Assembly (NCBI GenBank): GCA_040954595.2
Contig: CM082594.2
Location: forward strand, 7,385,573 to 7,449,572
Direction of reading: 5' to 3'
DNA length: 64,000 bases
From: Balanoglossus misakiensis
Taxonomy: Eukaryota; Animalia; Hemichordata
Under the pieces are notes generated by a model that saw only the letters and a program-made list of their open reading frames with translations, did not search any database and had not been told where the DNA came from. The position numbers and the translations under genes were made by a program. Shown in pieces: positions 62,271 to 64,000 of this stretch. Position 1 is the stretch's first letter. Each line of letters opens with the position of its first letter.

Positions 62271-64000
62271 CGTCTTTCCTTTTTACTCCTTAAATACTTC
62301 GAGACAACTTCTGCAGGATATAAGTACGACACGCATCAAACACAAAGCTATGATAAGCACTATGTTAAAGACAGGCCTGTTACAATACTCTGTAATAGTC
62401 AAAAACAGTACCGAAAATTCCATCTGTCCACAAAGCACATAATACACCAGGGTAACATATTCGACAACGCTCCCAGAAAACTTCATGAAATATTTAAAAC
62501 CTAACGGTTGTTTTTCAGTTTTTTTCTCGTCATAATATTGTTTCATTTAGGAAGGATACGGTCAATATGTGACAATACTGTTCAGAAAACAACATATTTC
62601 AGTCTAGACATCGGTACGTTCAGCAAAATTGTCAACGCACATCATGTGAACTGTATTCACAGATTGGGGTTTTCGAGTCACGATTGTTGTTCCATTGTCC
62701 ACATAATTAAACAATTTTAACGTAAAATAGTAGCAGATTGTGGGACAGGGACGGAGGAAGCGCGTGCGAGTGACAGAGGGGGGGAAGGGGAGAGGGGAAA
62801 GAGGGAGAGAGAAAGGAAGAAAGAGACTAACAGTCACCAACTAAAAAGTTTAGCTGTCAACAGATTTCAATCAACGAGACTTCAAACAGTGCTTTTCCAC
62901 TCTGAGGTGAATAACTGCCTTAAGGGGGAAAGGGCAAGACGTGGCGGTCATAGCAACGGGAAAGTACCTTGGGTCGAAAGCATTCACGGGTAACCATGGC
63001 ACCATTGTACGACACGAGCGCCGGTAAAATGTACAGAAAGTCGAGCTCAGTGAGTTTGAAAAATCTGGAAAGTGAAATTCGGGCTTCATGTCCGTGGCAC
63101 GTGGGGGAGCTTTGAGATAAAACTGTTGCATTGGTTTGCTGCGAATAACTGCCGAAATATTCGCCGACGGGCGCAGAGACTGAACAGCTTGCCGCTCTCG
63201 ACAATAAACTGCAGTGCCGGTCAATAAACCACCAATTAGTATGTCATAAAATAAACGCTTGTATAAGGACGTACATTCATCTGTAATAGCTGGTCGCCAA
63301 ATATATGGAAACAAAATCAACTTTTCGTAGGAATGCGTTCGGTTAATACTACAGTACTAAAAATCTAATGGGCAACTAATGTCTTAAAGACGGGATTTCC
63401 TGAAGGATGAAGTTTACCCACGCCGTGACAGAACGTGACAAGTTGCATCCTTTTTAGCAGTATACTAATTTCACTTTTCTCGTGCGTTCGCGGTTTTGGC
63501 GCTAAGCTAGCTGTGAACGACAACTTTCGATGGGTACACCTCAAGAAAAAAACTACTAATTTCATTTTCCTATAAGTGTTAGTGGTTTCTGTGAACGACA
63601 ACTTTCAATGACTGCATCACAAGAAAAACAAAACAATGCGGTGTTCTGCTTGGGTGGGTGATCGTTGTGTTTGGAACTTGTGTCCGAGACTGTAATTTGG
63701 AAAACAGTCAATTCATCGCCAGCACCTGGCCACTGCCCCCATGTTTCCGTTCCGATTTAGATCAGCCTTGAGTCGGTATAGCGCTTTATTGCCAGTGACA
63801 GTCTGCCTTATATCGTTAACTTGGGCAACGCTCGCCTCCATTGTTGTTTCGTGAAATTGGTTTCTGAAGCCTAAAATTGGTCCCCGTTTTGAGGTCTGGC
63901 CTTGCCACACATAAACAGGACTCGGGAAGCGATCCGCTCCCCAATTAGTTACTAGAACGCTAAAGAAAAAGAAAAACATATTGTCTACCGAAGTAAAAAG

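Noticed and set aside
62602-62609. Isolated GTCTAGAC
   Set aside because: A single 8-mer without companion motifs; about one is expected by chance in this window.

Overview
Eukaryotic (animal) genomic DNA with long introns, microsatellites and non-autonomous DNA-transposon-like repeats. Single-copy-type Smad proteins and the repeat style suggest a marine invertebrate bilaterian, but the taxon cannot be fixed from sequence. Only two protein-coding genes are supportable, both TGF-beta pathway Smads, arranged head-to-head with start codons about 10.6 kb apart. (1) An activin/nodal-type R-Smad (Smad2/3) on the minus strand: only its first coding exon (18769-18965) is present, and intron 1 runs off the left edge (>18.7 kb). 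(2) A complete four-exon inhibitory Smad (Smad6/7) on the plus strand (29546-29966, 30221-30274, 30438-30506, 41861-42402; 361 aa). The most notable signal is regulatory. The I-Smad promoter carries two perfect GTCTAGAC Smad-binding palindromes, the first followed after exactly 3 bp by a CACGTG E-box, the geometry I recall for the TGF-beta-responsive element of mammalian SMAD7. The effector and its feedback inhibitor may therefore form a compact, linked circuit, with CTCF-like and TALE/Hox motif clusters between them. Other features are a candidate alternative Smad2/3 promoter and first exon inside intron 1, a 31-bp CCAAT minisatellite, a 3.0-kb foldback-type element with minisatellite-bearing inverted arms and a 4-bp target duplication, and a 0.7-kb MITE-like element. 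The right 21 kb has no recognisable genes. All motif calls were made by eye and are not exhaustive.
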